A DNA stretch of 60,256 nt, filler included, from Theionarchaea archaeon (GTDB lineage: Archaea > Methanobacteriota_B > Thermococci > Methanofastidiosales > SZ-28-30): NCBI GenBank assembly GCA_018992565.1. It is 3 parts of 3 records of this genome, joined end to end, with 100 filler letters (N's around TTAATTAATTAA, not from the genome) between each part and the next. Parts side by side here need not be neighbours in the genome. Positions count along the whole stretch, not along the records: positions 54,148 to 60,256 come from JACVGW010000121.1; 2 more parts are not named here. One strand, written 5' to 3'. Under the pieces are notes generated by a model that had not been told where the DNA came from, did no database searches, and was given only the letters and a program-made list of their open reading frames with translations. Numbering within the stretch: position 1 is the stretch's first letter; the number at the start of each line of letters is the position of its first letter. Made by a program: the position numbers and the translations under genes. This document shows, in pieces, positions 60,081 to 60,256 of this stretch.

Positions 60081-60256
60081 ATGAAAAAGGAGTATCTGGT
60101 ATATATTGGGTTTGCGGCAATAATGATCCTCTTACTGGGAACATTTTTGTATGATAGTGACGCGTTATGGGGCCCCTGTGGAGGAAGCTGGGGTGGAGCA
60201 GGTCGAGGGCATCATGGTATGTACCAGAGAGGGTTCTTTGGAGTAGGGTTCTATGG
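60081..60256 (+). CDS. Partial membrane protein with a Gly/His-rich loop; runs off the window
   Basis: MKKEYLVYIGFAAIMILLLGTFLYDSDALWGPCGGSWGGAGRGHHGMYQRGFFGVGFY; GGTGG RBS. Confidence 0.7.
   Translation, partial: MKKEYLVYIGFAAIMILLLGTFLYDSDALWGPCGGSWGGAGRGHHGMYQRGFFGVGFY

Overview
Archaeal genomic DNA, shown by eS8, the P0/P1 stalk proteins, EF-1beta, an intron-containing tRNA-Trp, an STT3/AglB homologue and TATA-box promoters. The Mbh-like Mrp gene order suggests a Thermococci-related euryarchaeote such as Theionarchaea, but this is inference. The window is three pieces joined by artificial N/TTAATTAATTAA linkers (1-27117, 27218-54047, 54148-60256), and it has three further 100-N scaffold gaps. 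Piece 1 holds tRNA-Ser, two TldD/TldE pairs, a Ku + ATP-dependent ligase (NHEJ-type) pair, purB, a 9-gene Mrp antiporter, a B12-radical SAM enzyme, tRNA-Trp with a partly degenerate C/D guide intron, a Ni/Co ECF transporter with a NikR-like operator, and a membrane-anchored gluzincin. Piece 2 holds an isoprenoid-synthase-fold + MenA/UbiA prenyltransferase pair, a ~16 kb surface-glycosylation locus, a beta-propeller surface protein, a decayed toxin-antitoxin pair and a hydantoinase/oxoprolinase cluster. Piece 3 holds PadR-BtrH, a cysteine synthase, CopA and a membrane-tethered wHTH locus. The best candidate for an undescribed system is the glycosylation locus: a MacB/LolCDE-type ABC permease is fused to a GT-C-like membrane domain, next to an STT3/AglB paralogue whose WWDYG motif reads EWDQS. 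All family calls come from motif recognition by eye; no searches were run.
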